Positions 8,345 to 17,444 of a DNA stretch of 64,000 nucleotides are shown one piece after another. The notes beneath the pieces are model-generated. The model did no database searches. It was not told where the DNA came from and saw nothing but the letters and a program-made list of their open reading frames with translations. Every line of letters starts with the position of its first letter. Position 1 is the first letter of the stretch. Made by a program: the position numbers and the translations under genes. The DNA is from an uncultured Rikenellaceae bacterium (lineage in GTDB: Bacteria > Bacteroidota > Bacteroidia > Bacteroidales > VadinHA17): the NCBI GenBank assembly GCA_964638955.1, contig CAZWZQ010000004.1, positions 32,371 through 96,370 of the forward strand, in the 5' to 3' direction.

Positions 8345-9319
8345 ATGAAAGTTGGGTTAACTTACGACCTGCGGTCATGGTACCTTGACCGCGGTTATTC
8401 TATGGAGGATACTGCCGAATTTGACAAGCAGGATACTATAGATGCCATTAATGAGTCTCTCCGTAAAATGGGGTTTGAAACAGAGCCAATAGGAAATTGT
8501 TTCCAGCTTATTGAAGCTCTGGCAGCAGGAAGAAAATGGGATCTTGTGTTTAATATTGCAGAGGGACTCTATGGTGACGGCCGTGAATCGGTTGTGCCGT
8601 CAATCCTTGACCAGTACAGGATACCTTACGTTTTCTCCGGGCCTGTAATACTCGGAATATCACTAAATAAATATTTTACACGCCTTATAGTCTCAGCAGC
8701 AGGTGTTCCCGTAAGCCCGGGAATGTTAATATCAAATAAAGAAGATATAGCCACATGCAGACTTGAGTATCCTCTTTTTATAAAACCTGTTTCGGAGGGA
8801 ACAGGTAAAGGGATCACTGAAAAGAACCTTATAAAATCACCGGTCGAATTAAAGGAGATAGCCGAATATATCCTCACGAGATATAATCAGCCTGCCATTG
8901 TGGAGGAATATCTTCCGGGAAGGGAGTTTACTATTGGCGTTATTGGTTCAGGGGAAGAGACCGTTGCAATTGGCGGTATGGAGATAGAATGCAGAAACAA
9001 CTACCCCTATTCAGTTGAATACAAGGAAAACTATAAGGAATACTGCAAATATATTCCCATGGCTCATGAATTAAGCGAGGAATGCAAAACCGTAGCTCTT
9101 AATGCATGGAAAGCCCTTGGAGGAGTTGATGCAGGACGAGTGGATGTAAAAGCCGACAGAAACGGGAGGATATGTTTTATGGAAGTGAATCCGCTGGCAG
9201 GATTGCATCCGGTACATTCGGATCTGCCGATACTTTCCGGCATGATCGGTATTGATTTTCAGAAACTAATGGAGATGATAATGAAATCAGCTTTAAAAAG
9301 ACATAATCTGAAAGTATGA
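8345..9319 (+). CDS. ATP-grasp ligase of the D-alanine--D-alanine ligase-like family (paralog 1)
   Basis: 324 aa with a Ddl-like layout. The C-terminal ATP-grasp motif is ..GRVDVKADRNGRICFMEVNPLAGL... It starts 8 nt after the kamA stop. Confidence 0.75.
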   Translation: MKVGLTYDLRSWYLDRGYSMEDTAEFDKQDTIDAINESLRKMGFETEPIGNCFQLIEALAAGRKWDLVFNIAEGLYGDGRESVVPSILDQYRIPYVFSGPVILGISLNKYFTRLIVSAAGVPVSPGMLISNKEDIATCRLEYPLFIKPVSEGTGKGITEKNLIKSPVELKEIAEYILTRYNQPAIVEEYLPGREFTIGVIGSGEETVAIGGMEIECRNNYPYSVEYKENYKEYCKYIPMAHELSEECKTVALNAWKALGGVDAGRVDVKADRNGRICFMEVNPLAGLHPVHSDLPILSGMIGIDFQKLMEMIMKSALKRHNLKV

Positions 9320-10287
9320 GCACGAAGCGATGCTGTATACTATTTAACCAGCCGCGCGATGATGCCCTGCCAGATGAACTGGATGTGCTTGACCAGGTTG
9401 ATTTCGTAGAGAAAAACATCAATTTGCTGGATATTGAAACCTTCAGGAAAGGTATTACTGATGACTTCATGAATGAGGTAGCAGTACTTGCTGCCGATAA
9501 ACCGGATTTTGTTTTTAACCTGGTCGAATCAATTAACAACAGAGGTGAATTATGCTACTTCATTCCGGCACTGCTGAATATGCACTCATTACCTTATTCC
9601 GGAAGCCCTCTGGAGGCAATATTCATTACCACAAGTAAGGTTCTTACAAAAAAAACACTAAAAAAGGCAGGTATAAATACTCCTCAGAGTTATTCTCCAT
9701 CAGAATTCAGCAAGCTTGTTCCAGGCAATAAGTATATCATAAAACCTGTTTGGGAAGATGGCTCTTTAGGTATTACAGGTGACAGTGTTTTCACTTATCA
9801 GCCCGGCTTTGAGGTCAGGTTTAAAGATTATAGTGATAATCACTGGTTCATTGAAGAATACATTGACGGCAGGGAATTTAATATAAGCTTGATTTACAGT
9901 GATAAGGGACCGGAAGTATTGCCTCCGGCCGAAATAATCTTTCATAATTATACGGAAGATAAACCGCGTATTGTTGATTTTAAAGCAAAGTGGGAAGCAG
10001 GCAGCTTTGAATATGAAAACACCATCAGGGACTTTCCCGGCGATGATCTGAATCCGGTTCTGAAGGAAAGGATCACATCTACAGCCCTGCAGTGCTGGAA
10101 TGAATTCAGATTAAAAGGTTATGCACGTATCGATATGCGTATTGACAGTAATAATACTCCTTATGTTATTGAAGTGAATGCAAATCCCTGCCTCTCTCCC
10201 GATGGTGGTATTGTGGCAGCAACAATTGCAGCAGAGCTGCCGTTTACAGATGTCCTTCAACGTATTATTGCTGACTTAAACACCTGA
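9316..10287 (+). CDS. ATP-grasp ligase of the D-alanine--D-alanine ligase-like family (paralog 2)
   Basis: 323 aa with the motif ..GYARIDMRIDSNNTPYVIEVNANPCLSPDG... Its start overlaps the stop of paralog 1 by 4 nt, indicating translational coupling. Confidence 0.75.
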   Translation: MSTKRCCILFNQPRDDALPDELDVLDQVDFVEKNINLLDIETFRKGITDDFMNEVAVLAADKPDFVFNLVESINNRGELCYFIPALLNMHSLPYSGSPLEAIFITTSKVLTKKTLKKAGINTPQSYSPSEFSKLVPGNKYIIKPVWEDGSLGITGDSVFTYQPGFEVRFKDYSDNHWFIEEYIDGREFNISLIYSDKGPEVLPPAEIIFHNYTEDKPRIVDFKAKWEAGSFEYENTIRDFPGDDLNPVLKERITSTALQCWNEFRLKGYARIDMRIDSNNTPYVIEVNANPCLSPDGGIVAATIAAELPFTDVLQRIIADLNT

Positions 10288-10291
10288 CAAT

Positions 10292-10774
10292 ATGATTATT
10301 TCAGAAGGTCTGAAACTGGAAGACAGGGAACATATTGAAGAAGTTCTCAGATCCTCAGGTTTCTTCTATGAATTTGAGATAAAAACTGCTCTTGAGATTG
10401 CTGATGAAACGATTTCTGATGGCATGGAAAAGAGCGGATATTACTGGCTTAAAGCCGCTGATGAAGAGGGCAATGTATTAGCATTTGCCAATTATGGGAA
10501 AAATGAATTTTCTACTCATTCATGGGAACTATACTGGATAGCAGTCCATGAAAAAGCCAGAAACAAAAAACTGGGTTCAGCTCTTTTGAAAACTATCGAA
10601 GAGAATGTTATCAATCTGGGAGGCAAGATACTCTGGGTCGAGACATCAGGTCGCCAGCTATATGCATCAACCGAAGGATTTTACAAACGCAATGGCTATG
10701 AATTGCAGGCCAGCCTGAAGGATTTCTACGGACCGGATGATCCGAAACAGGTTTATGCAAAGGTGCTGAAATAA
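10292..10774 (+). CDS. GNAT-family N-acetyltransferase
   Basis: 160 aa. The acetyl-CoA binding region is ..WIAVHEKARNKKLGSALLKTIEE... It is the last gene of the kamA operon. Confidence 0.75.
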   Translation: MIISEGLKLEDREHIEEVLRSSGFFYEFEIKTALEIADETISDGMEKSGYYWLKAADEEGNVLAFANYGKNEFSTHSWELYWIAVHEKARNKKLGSALLKTIEENVINLGGKILWVETSGRQLYASTEGFYKRNGYELQASLKDFYGPDDPKQVYAKVLK

Positions 10775-10811
10775 AAAATGTCTGATTGTCTGATTGTCTT
10801 TCGTGAACAGA

Positions 10812-11282
10812 TTACTTTATAAGATTGACATTGTAATACTCAGGCTTTCCGGTAACCTCCTCCCCCAGCCAGTCAGGCTTTTCAAACTTTTCATTTTCAC
10901 TAGAGAGTTCAATTTCCGCAATTATAAGGCCCTCATTTTTATCATGAAAGACATCAACTTCATAAATATGCTTTCCTGCAGGAACAACATACCTGGTTTT
11001 TTCAACCTTCCCGGGCAGACATATTTTCATAATATCTCTCGCATAAGATACAGGCATTTGTATCTCCCACTCGCTTCGTGTAACTGAACTGTCAGTACCC
11101 TTGCCCTTAATAGTTAAAAAAGCTTTTTTCGAGGCAATCCGGATCCTTATTGTTCTTTCGGGGTCATCTGAAAGATATGCCTGCAAAATACTTATCTTTT
11201 TAATTGCCAGGTGTTTAAACTTACCCTTTACCAGGAATTTACGTTCTGTTTCGGTCGCCATTTTTTTATATAAAGTTAACAA
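10812..11282 (-). CDS. CYTH-domain protein (triphosphate tunnel metalloenzyme, CyaB/ThTPase-like)
   Basis: It has the N-terminal ExExK signature ..TETERKFLV.. and the size of a stand-alone CYTH domain. The likely start is M8 at 11261. Confidence 0.75.
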   Translation of the reverse strand: MLTLYKKMATETERKFLVKGKFKHLAIKKISILQAYLSDDPERTIRIRIASKKAFLTIKGKGTDSSVTRSEWEIQMPVSYARDIMKICLPGKVEKTRYVVPAGKHIYEVDVFHDKNEGLIIAEIELSSENEKFEKPDWLGEEVTGKPEYYNVNLIK

Positions 11283-11575
11283 TTAGCACGAACTGATTTT
11301 CTGTTGGTGTTATAATGGAGGATCTTCCTGATAATAAATCTTTTGCCATTAATAAGATGCCGTTTATAAATGAATTTGCCTCTTTAGTGTAATAAATTAG
11401 TATTGTATTGAAAAAATTCATAAATTTGATATATAAAATTGAAGTAAACTGAATATCATGTATATCAGGCATTCCTGATACTCAGTTTCAAGGACGTAAG
11501 TAGTTTTAGTTTAGGTGGGTAGGGTGATTAGGTAAAGGGGCTGCCAGGTTTCATGACAGCCCTTTTAATTATCAG

Positions 11576-11725
11576 GTCCGGGCGCACCAGGCAGGGTCAC
11601 ACCGGAGAAAGGGTTGGGAAGAATTTACTGATTCCGTGATAAGAGTAATAAATAATGAAAAGAAAAACCTGGTGTTCTTTCTCAGGGGCAGTTATGCACA
11701 GAAAAAAGGTGAGACAATTACCTGA
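11576..11725 (+). pseudogene. ung: uracil-DNA glycosylase internal fragment (50 codons); gene remnant
   Basis: My translation is VRAHQAGSHRRKGWEEFTDSVIRVINNEKKNLVFFLRGSYAQKKGETIT*. It aligns with E. coli Ung ..[48 protein letters not shown]... The N-terminal catalytic Asp region and the C-terminal HPSPLS region are both absent. Confidence 0.8.
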
Positions 11726-11743
11726 AAGAAAATAATATAGAAC

Positions 11744-12928
11744 CTATTGACCGGAGATAAGAGCTGATGTAATTGTTTCCGCTAATTCATCAGTATCTTC
11801 AAAACCTGCTGATATTCTTATCATTCCCGGTTCGGGATATTTTGCACCCCATACTGATTCCACAGGCAACATCATAGTACGTGGATCTCCAAGACTGGGA
11901 ATCACCTTTATCTTACCAGAGACAGTCTTAATAAAAGCATCCCTGCCCCTTCTCTTCTCCTCACCGTTCTTTCCTGCGAAATCTACAGTTACCATCCCGC
12001 CAAATCCCTTATCACCGAAAAGTTTTTTAGCTTCATAATGGGTAGGATGGTTTGCCAGGCCGGGATACCATACCCTGGCAACCCTTTCTGAATTACTCAA
12101 TAATTCAGCAATATGTGAAGCATTGTTACATTGCTGGCGGAATCTTAGCCGCAGTGTCCTGATCTGTGTATTAAGCCTGTAAGCATCATCCGCAGACAAC
12201 ATATGGCCAATATACTTACGGTATTCAATAGCAGCTTTGAGAAGATCAGCATCGTTACCGCACACAACTCCTGCAGTTATATTGCCGTGTCCCGACAGGT
12301 ATTTTGTAGCACTATGAAGCACAATATCTGCGCCTGACATTAAAGGTTTCCATAAACACGGTGTTGCAAACGTATTATCGACTATGATCTTTGACCCGTA
12401 TTTACGCGCAATTTCAATCACTCCCGCGGTATCCGGAACAATGAGCATGGGATTGGAGATAGATTCGATATAAATAAATTGCGGCTTTAAATCCTTAACT
12501 ACAGATTCAAGTGAAGAAAGATCATATCTCTCGTTTACAGGGGAGAAACTGTGTATATCAAGTCCTCTCCTCTTTTTCAGCACTGATTCAGCGAATGTTA
12601 TTGTACCACCGTAAATCTCATTGAAAAAAAGCCATGGTCGTACTGTTTTTCCATCCTGGAATATGGATACAGCAACATCAACTGCCGACATTCCTGATTG
12701 TGTCAGTAGTGCCCATTCAGAACCTTCAAGCTTCATTATCTCCTCCTCTGCATCAATAACTGTCGGATTACGGTAACGGGAATATATGTATATATCCGGG
12801 ACACGCTTGTTCTCAGTTTCTTTCTGAAAGGCCTCAGATGCTGTATCTGCGTCGAACAACTCAAATCCTGCATCCCTGTAAACGGGAATGCGCGTACTGT
12901 TTACATCTTTATTTTTATTCATTGCCAT
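11744..12928 (-). CDS. Cys/Met-metabolism PLP-dependent enzyme (cystathionine gamma-synthase / beta-lyase / methionine gamma-lyase family)
   Basis: 394 aa. The PLP-lysine motif is ..HSATKYLSGHGN... Family-level call only. Confidence 0.75.
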   Translation of the reverse strand: MAMNKNKDVNSTRIPVYRDAGFELFDADTASEAFQKETENKRVPDIYIYSRYRNPTVIDAEEEIMKLEGSEWALLTQSGMSAVDVAVSIFQDGKTVRPWLFFNEIYGGTITFAESVLKKRRGLDIHSFSPVNERYDLSSLESVVKDLKPQFIYIESISNPMLIVPDTAGVIEIARKYGSKIIVDNTFATPCLWKPLMSGADIVLHSATKYLSGHGNITAGVVCGNDADLLKAAIEYRKYIGHMLSADDAYRLNTQIRTLRLRFRQQCNNASHIAELLSNSERVARVWYPGLANHPTHYEAKKLFGDKGFGGMVTVDFAGKNGEEKRRGRDAFIKTVSGKIKVIPSLGDPRTMMLPVESVWGAKYPEPGMIRISAGFEDTDELAETITSALISGQ

Positions 12929-12930
12929 AT

Positions 12931-13647
12931 TTATTTAATAGATTCAGAATGCAAGATATTTAAATCATTATAAAACAATATCCTGTCAAGAAGTTCTCCT
13001 GAAAGAAAAAGACAAATTATTACGGGATCGGAATAGAAAATTCTCCAGAATATTATAATTCCCGCCGCTATTAATAATAAAATACGAAGTATCCTCAGGC
13101 TCATGTATATGTTTTGAGGTCTTGCTGAAAAAAGATAATACACTCCAGAAATCAATTTAATTACAGCAATAAATATAAAAGGTAACTTCATACCTGAAAA
13201 GAATGAAGCAATGAGCAGTCCTGTTAAAAATGCCTGTCCGCTGTGGAAAAATGACCTTGTTTTCTCCCCGGAGAATTTATGGACTGATGTATCTATTGCT
13301 ATAAGCACTAATAATCCTGCAGCTGCTGCAAGTAATATCAATATTGAACTTTTGATAATGAGGGATGAAGAGGCAAATCCCAGGTATGACAAGTACAGAA
13401 TTAATTCAGTAAAAACGGATGACTTGGAAACTGTAGACGATTCCTCCACGAGATAGAATTTATCCCGGAAATATATAAAACCCGATAAAAGAGATAATAT
13501 TAGTACAATAAAAGCAATCCGGCTTATCGGTTCGGTATTGCCGGTCAGCCAGGAGATCATCATTGCGGCCGATAATGTTGTCAGAAAACTGAATAGGATA
13601 TTAGTCCATCCTCCCGGCGTGTAATAATCTTTATCGTCCCTTTCCAA
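12931..13647 (-). CDS. polytopic membrane protein, weakly DmsC/NrfD-anchor-like
   Basis: 238 aa with about 7-8 hydrophobic helices. The C-terminal ..GELLDRILFYNDL.. resembles the ELxGRxLFY end of DmsC-type anchor subunits. It ends 2 nt before the PLP enzyme start. Confidence 0.4.
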   Translation of the reverse strand: MERDDKDYYTPGGWTNILFSFLTTLSAAMMISWLTGNTEPISRIAFIVLILSLLSGFIYFRDKFYLVEESSTVSKSSVFTELILYLSYLGFASSSLIIKSSILILLAAAAGLLVLIAIDTSVHKFSGEKTRSFFHSGQAFLTGLLIASFFSGMKLPFIFIAVIKLISGVYYLFSARPQNIYMSLRILRILLLIAAGIIIFWRIFYSDPVIICLFLSGELLDRILFYNDLNILHSESIK

Positions 13648-13665
13648 TTATAATGCAGGGGGTGT

Positions 13666-14064
13666 TTACTTCAGTTCAAGAGGTTCTTCGGGAATAGTCT
13701 TATTAATGGTGAGCACTCTGTTGGCCATATCGGAAATATAAACCACATAAGTGATCTTCATCTGTCCTATATAATTCATGTAGGTCTCATCAACTTCTCC
13801 GGTTGAGAAGAGTTCCCCATTTATCCTGGCAGATATTTCAGCAAAAGGATATGCTGTCTCAAAACGGTGATATTCAGATACATTTCCGCTGGTTATAGTA
13901 CCCAGTGTATCAACCTCTTCCTCTATTTTGACTATTACTTCATCGAATGTCTGGTCGGATATATTCTTGACCCTGACATCAGTAGGTCCTTTGGGTTCAT
14001 ATTCAGTTTTTTTGCATGCAATTACTGCAACTAATATCAGTAGAAAATAAAGAAATTTCTTCAT
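13666..14064 (-). CDS. small lipoprotein of unknown function
   Basis: The ORF track extends to 14112. The likely start is MKKFLYFLLILVAVIAC|KK, which has a lipobox Cys. Confidence 0.5.
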   Translation of the reverse strand: MKKFLYFLLILVAVIACKKTEYEPKGPTDVRVKNISDQTFDEVIVKIEEEVDTLGTITSGNVSEYHRFETAYPFAEISARINGELFSTGEVDETYMNYIGQMKITYVVYISDMANRVLTINKTIPEEPLELK

Positions 14065-14128
14065 AGTCAGAGAATATTGAACTGTATAATTATCTGACCT
14101 TAAAGATAGCAAATAAGTTGCAAACGGA

Positions 14129-14902
14129 TCAAATTATTTCAAGGCTGTTTGCAGGCACCCACCCTTTATTTCCATCGGACAGACGTATTTCCAGCCATTC
14201 GCCCAACTCATCCTCTACGGTCACTTTTGTGCCCTCATGAAGTACAAAAAGGTCGGTGCCACTGTCATCCGGAGAACTTTTACCATTGACCACAGGACTG
14301 AATATCACTGCTTTCTGACTGTCGTAAACAAGTGTTTTATTTCTGAAGGTAAGTGCAAGCGATAACAGAGAAATTATAAGAAGTAATATAGCCAGCCAGA
14401 ATCCGGACACTTTAAGCTTATATTTTGTTGTATAAAAATAGACTGACAGAAAAAGAAGACATAGTACAAAAGCAGATATGCTGATCCATGCCCATGTGTT
14501 TGTTGTCAATGAAAGCGAGAGCAGATTATACCAGCTTACAAAAAAGAGTTCGGGGATCTCCTCGAAACGGTCAACGACAAGTGTACGGGCTATTTGCAGG
14601 TTATAATTAATATCCTCATCGCCTGGTTTATGTAAGTGAGCTCTTTCATAAAAGAGAATTGCTCCCGGTATATTATTCATTTTAAAATAGGCGTTCCCTA
14701 TGTTGTATTCAAGTTCAGCGGACCTATATCCTGTTTTGTAGATATCTGTCCATTGTTCAAGAGCCTGATCGTAGTCCCCTGATGAGAAATACTCTACTCC
14801 TGCCTTGAATTTCTCATTCCTTGTTTCCTGTGAATAACCACTATTCGGGATAATAATAAAAAGAACCGTAGCTGACAATATCAATAAGTTGCGTTTCATC
14901 AC
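14129..14902 (-). CDS. batE: BatE: TPR plus C-terminal SH3-like domain protein
   Basis: 257 aa containing a signal peptide, TPR repeats, a TM segment and a C-terminal ..GEWLEIRLSDGNKGWVPANSLEII (SH3b-like). Its position and size match the last gene of the Bat operon. Confidence 0.75.
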   Translation of the reverse strand: MMKRNLLILSATVLFIIIPNSGYSQETRNEKFKAGVEYFSSGDYDQALEQWTDIYKTGYRSAELEYNIGNAYFKMNNIPGAILFYERAHLHKPGDEDINYNLQIARTLVVDRFEEIPELFFVSWYNLLSLSLTTNTWAWISISAFVLCLLFLSVYFYTTKYKLKVSGFWLAILLLIISLLSLALTFRNKTLVYDSQKAVIFSPVVNGKSSPDDSGTDLFVLHEGTKVTVEDELGEWLEIRLSDGNKGWVPANSLEII

Positions 14903-16705
14903 TCAGATTATAGAATTTTCCACTGCCCTGATAAATCCTGATGCTCCCTCATATATAGCTGCAGCTTCCGTACCGGAGGCAGAGGGTGAATATCTTGCAT
15001 ATTCGCAGTTGTCAAGTATCTTTGCCAGGTTGTCTAAAATATCCTCCTGTATTCCCTTCTCTTTCAAAGCTGCAATGGCGTTGTTTCGTGTCAGATCCGA
15101 GACAGGTATGTTAAGCTTGTCGCTCAGATAGCCCCAGATGGCTTTGAGTATCTCTTCATGGAATCTGTCCATTTCACCCCTTTTCATACAGGCAGAAGCT
15201 TCACGCAACCTTTTCCCTGCCACTTTTCCGGCTTTACGGTTCCTTACAGCAGTGATATCGGCATTTCTCCTTATATGTTCTCTCCTGGCAAAAAGAACTC
15301 CTATAAACAGCAGAAAAGCTATTGCGTAGATGCTATAAAATGATCTTTTCGATATTATTATACCTGCCGACCTTGCTATTTTACCCAATTCTGACTTTAT
15401 AAACCGGATATCCTGTCCCAGATATTTTACATCCTCCTTGGACATACCTCCGTAAACAGTTATACCGGTACTCTCGTCTGTACTCCTCCTGGCATGAAAG
15501 TTAAATTCCCTTGTAGTGAGAGTCTCATATTTTCCTGTGGAAGTATTAAAAAATGAATAACTGACGGGCGGGATTGAAAAATCACCATGATGACGTGGTA
15601 TTAACAGATATTCAAAAGTTCTTAGTCCCGATGTACCATTAATACTGTTTTTGATATTATCTTTTACCTGGGGATCATAAACCTCTATATCCGGTGATAA
15701 TTTCATTGTGGGGGCACTGGCAAGTTTCAGGTTTCCGTTACCCGAGACAGTTATTTTAAAATTGACTGCGTCATTTACCGTAACAGTATCCTTATCAATA
15801 GTTGCTTTAAGATCCAGGTTACCGACCACTCCTGAAAAGTCATCCGGTTTCGTTCCAGGTAAAGGTTTTACATTTATTTTAACCACAGGGCTTATAACTG
15901 CCCTTGGAATTGTCTGGTATGTTGAAAAGAAATCTCCGAAAAAAGGATCAGTCTGGCCTGATTTCTGTCTGACAAGAACGGATATCTGAACGGCGTCTAT
16001 TGTTATTTCGCCTGTCACCTGCGGGAACAATAAAAACTGCTGAATAACGCCTGTACCATATATTGTCCCCTTTATATTCTCCTGCTTCAGTGAAGTTAGA
16101 GCAGGTGTTTCAATATCAGTTTTAAGAAATCCTGTAAATGGAGGATACTTGATCTCATTTATACCTGAAAGATCAACCCGTGTATAAATTTTTATTGTGG
16201 CTGTAATGTGCTCACCTATATATACCTCTCTCCGGTTTACTGAAAGATCGAGGAAGAGGTCTTTATTAGCCGTTTCAATCCGGGTGTCTTCCTCGCCGGC
16301 GGCCTGTACATTTTGCCGGTTAGCGACTGTACCTACAACCTCAATCCGCAGCGAATCAGAATAGTATGTCTTATTTCTAAAGGTAAATGAGGCAGGCGGA
16401 ATAACAAAAGTACCTTCTTCAAGAGCCTGGAGATAATATAAATGGCTATAGGTTGTTTTTTGTGACACTTTGCCGTTTATAATCTGTGTGCTTGAGCTGT
16501 AAGATGTCTGCGGTCCCATAAGCTTATAGAATCCTTCGAATGAAGGTGCTGAGAATTGACCTCCTCTGGTGTTTACAGTCCATGACACACTGAATTGCTG
16601 CCCGGCTTCAACAACAGAAGGGTATTCTGCCTCTACTTTTATATCCTGGGAGTAGAGTGTTGCTGCCAAAAAAAGTAACAGATGATATATTAATATTTTT
16701 TTCAC
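14903..16705 (-). CDS. batD: BatD (oxygen-tolerance protein)
   Basis: 600 aa with a signal peptide, beta-rich repeats and a late TM helix followed by a cytoplasmic tail. Order and size match BatD. It abuts batE with a 0-nt gap. Confidence 0.75.
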   Translation of the reverse strand: MKKILIYHLLLFLAATLYSQDIKVEAEYPSVVEAGQQFSVSWTVNTRGGQFSAPSFEGFYKLMGPQTSYSSSTQIINGKVSQKTTYSHLYYLQALEEGTFVIPPASFTFRNKTYYSDSLRIEVVGTVANRQNVQAAGEEDTRIETANKDLFLDLSVNRREVYIGEHITATIKIYTRVDLSGINEIKYPPFTGFLKTDIETPALTSLKQENIKGTIYGTGVIQQFLLFPQVTGEITIDAVQISVLVRQKSGQTDPFFGDFFSTYQTIPRAVISPVVKINVKPLPGTKPDDFSGVVGNLDLKATIDKDTVTVNDAVNFKITVSGNGNLKLASAPTMKLSPDIEVYDPQVKDNIKNSINGTSGLRTFEYLLIPRHHGDFSIPPVSYSFFNTSTGKYETLTTREFNFHARRSTDESTGITVYGGMSKEDVKYLGQDIRFIKSELGKIARSAGIIISKRSFYSIYAIAFLLFIGVLFARREHIRRNADITAVRNRKAGKVAGKRLREASACMKRGEMDRFHEEILKAIWGYLSDKLNIPVSDLTRNNAIAALKEKGIQEDILDNLAKILDNCEYARYSPSASGTEAAAIYEGASGFIRAVENSII

Positions 16706-16720
16706 TTCCGTTTGTTCTTT

Positions 16721-17431
16721 CTACCAGTTTTTAGTTGTCCTGGTCTTTTCTTTCAATGCTTTTGCAAGTTTAACCTTTTCCTGAATATCTTTTTCATCAT
16801 TTGCCAGTGCATTCAGGACTCTTTCTGCATCCTCTTTCGAAATCTCCTGTTGTTGCTGTTCTTTTTGCTGTTGCTGCTGTTGTTGTTGTTGTTTGCTGGT
16901 TTGATCTTTGTTACTGTTGTCCTGTTCATCCTTTTGATCCTGGTTCTGCTTTTCCTGCCGGTTTTGTTTCTGCTGCTTTTGCTGTTCTTGCTTAAGCAGG
17001 TCCTGAGCATATGCAAGATTGTATTTTGCCTCCATGTTTCCGGGGTCGAGACGCAGAGATCTCTTATATGCATCTATACTCTCCTTTATTTTCTTCGAGT
17101 TCAGTAGAGAATTACCAAGGTTGTAAAGGCTGGCAGCTTTCATCTTACCGTCATCACTCATTTCGTGAGTCTCAGCGAATTCTTTACCGGCATCTTCGAA
17201 TTTGTCCTGTCTGTATAATGCATCTCCAGCATTAAAAACAGCATCAGGCAGTTCGCTGTTTTTATCAATTGCCCTCCTGTATGAAACTTCCGATTCGGAA
17301 TAATTACTTTTTTCATATTCCCTGTTTCCCTGCCTGATGAACTTCTTTTCAGCCTGTGAATATCCCGGCAAGGTGTAAATTAATAACAGAGCGGTCAGAA
17401 ATGTCAATATGAAATTTCTACTTATCAGCAT
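16721..17431 (-). CDS. batC: BatC: TPR protein with a Gln/Lys-rich C-terminal tract
   Basis: 236 aa with TPR repeats followed by ..QEQQKQQKQNRQEKQNQDQKDEQDNSNKDQTSKQQQQQQQQQKEQQQQ.., encoded by an imperfect CAA/CAG run around 16840-16990. Confidence 0.75.
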   Translation of the reverse strand: MLISRNFILTFLTALLLIYTLPGYSQAEKKFIRQGNREYEKSNYSESEVSYRRAIDKNSELPDAVFNAGDALYRQDKFEDAGKEFAETHEMSDDGKMKAASLYNLGNSLLNSKKIKESIDAYKRSLRLDPGNMEAKYNLAYAQDLLKQEQQKQQKQNRQEKQNQDQKDEQDNSNKDQTSKQQQQQQQQQKEQQQQEISKEDAERVLNALANDEKDIQEKVKLAKALKEKTRTTKNW

Positions 17432-17444
17432 ATTCAGGTATCTG

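Noticed and set aside
16712-17107. 131-aa plus-strand ORF rich in Leu/Phe (..LLLLLFFLLLLLLLLLFAG..)
   Set aside because: It is the mirror image of the BatC Gln/Lys-rich CAA/CAG tract on the minus strand, so it is a low-complexity artefact.
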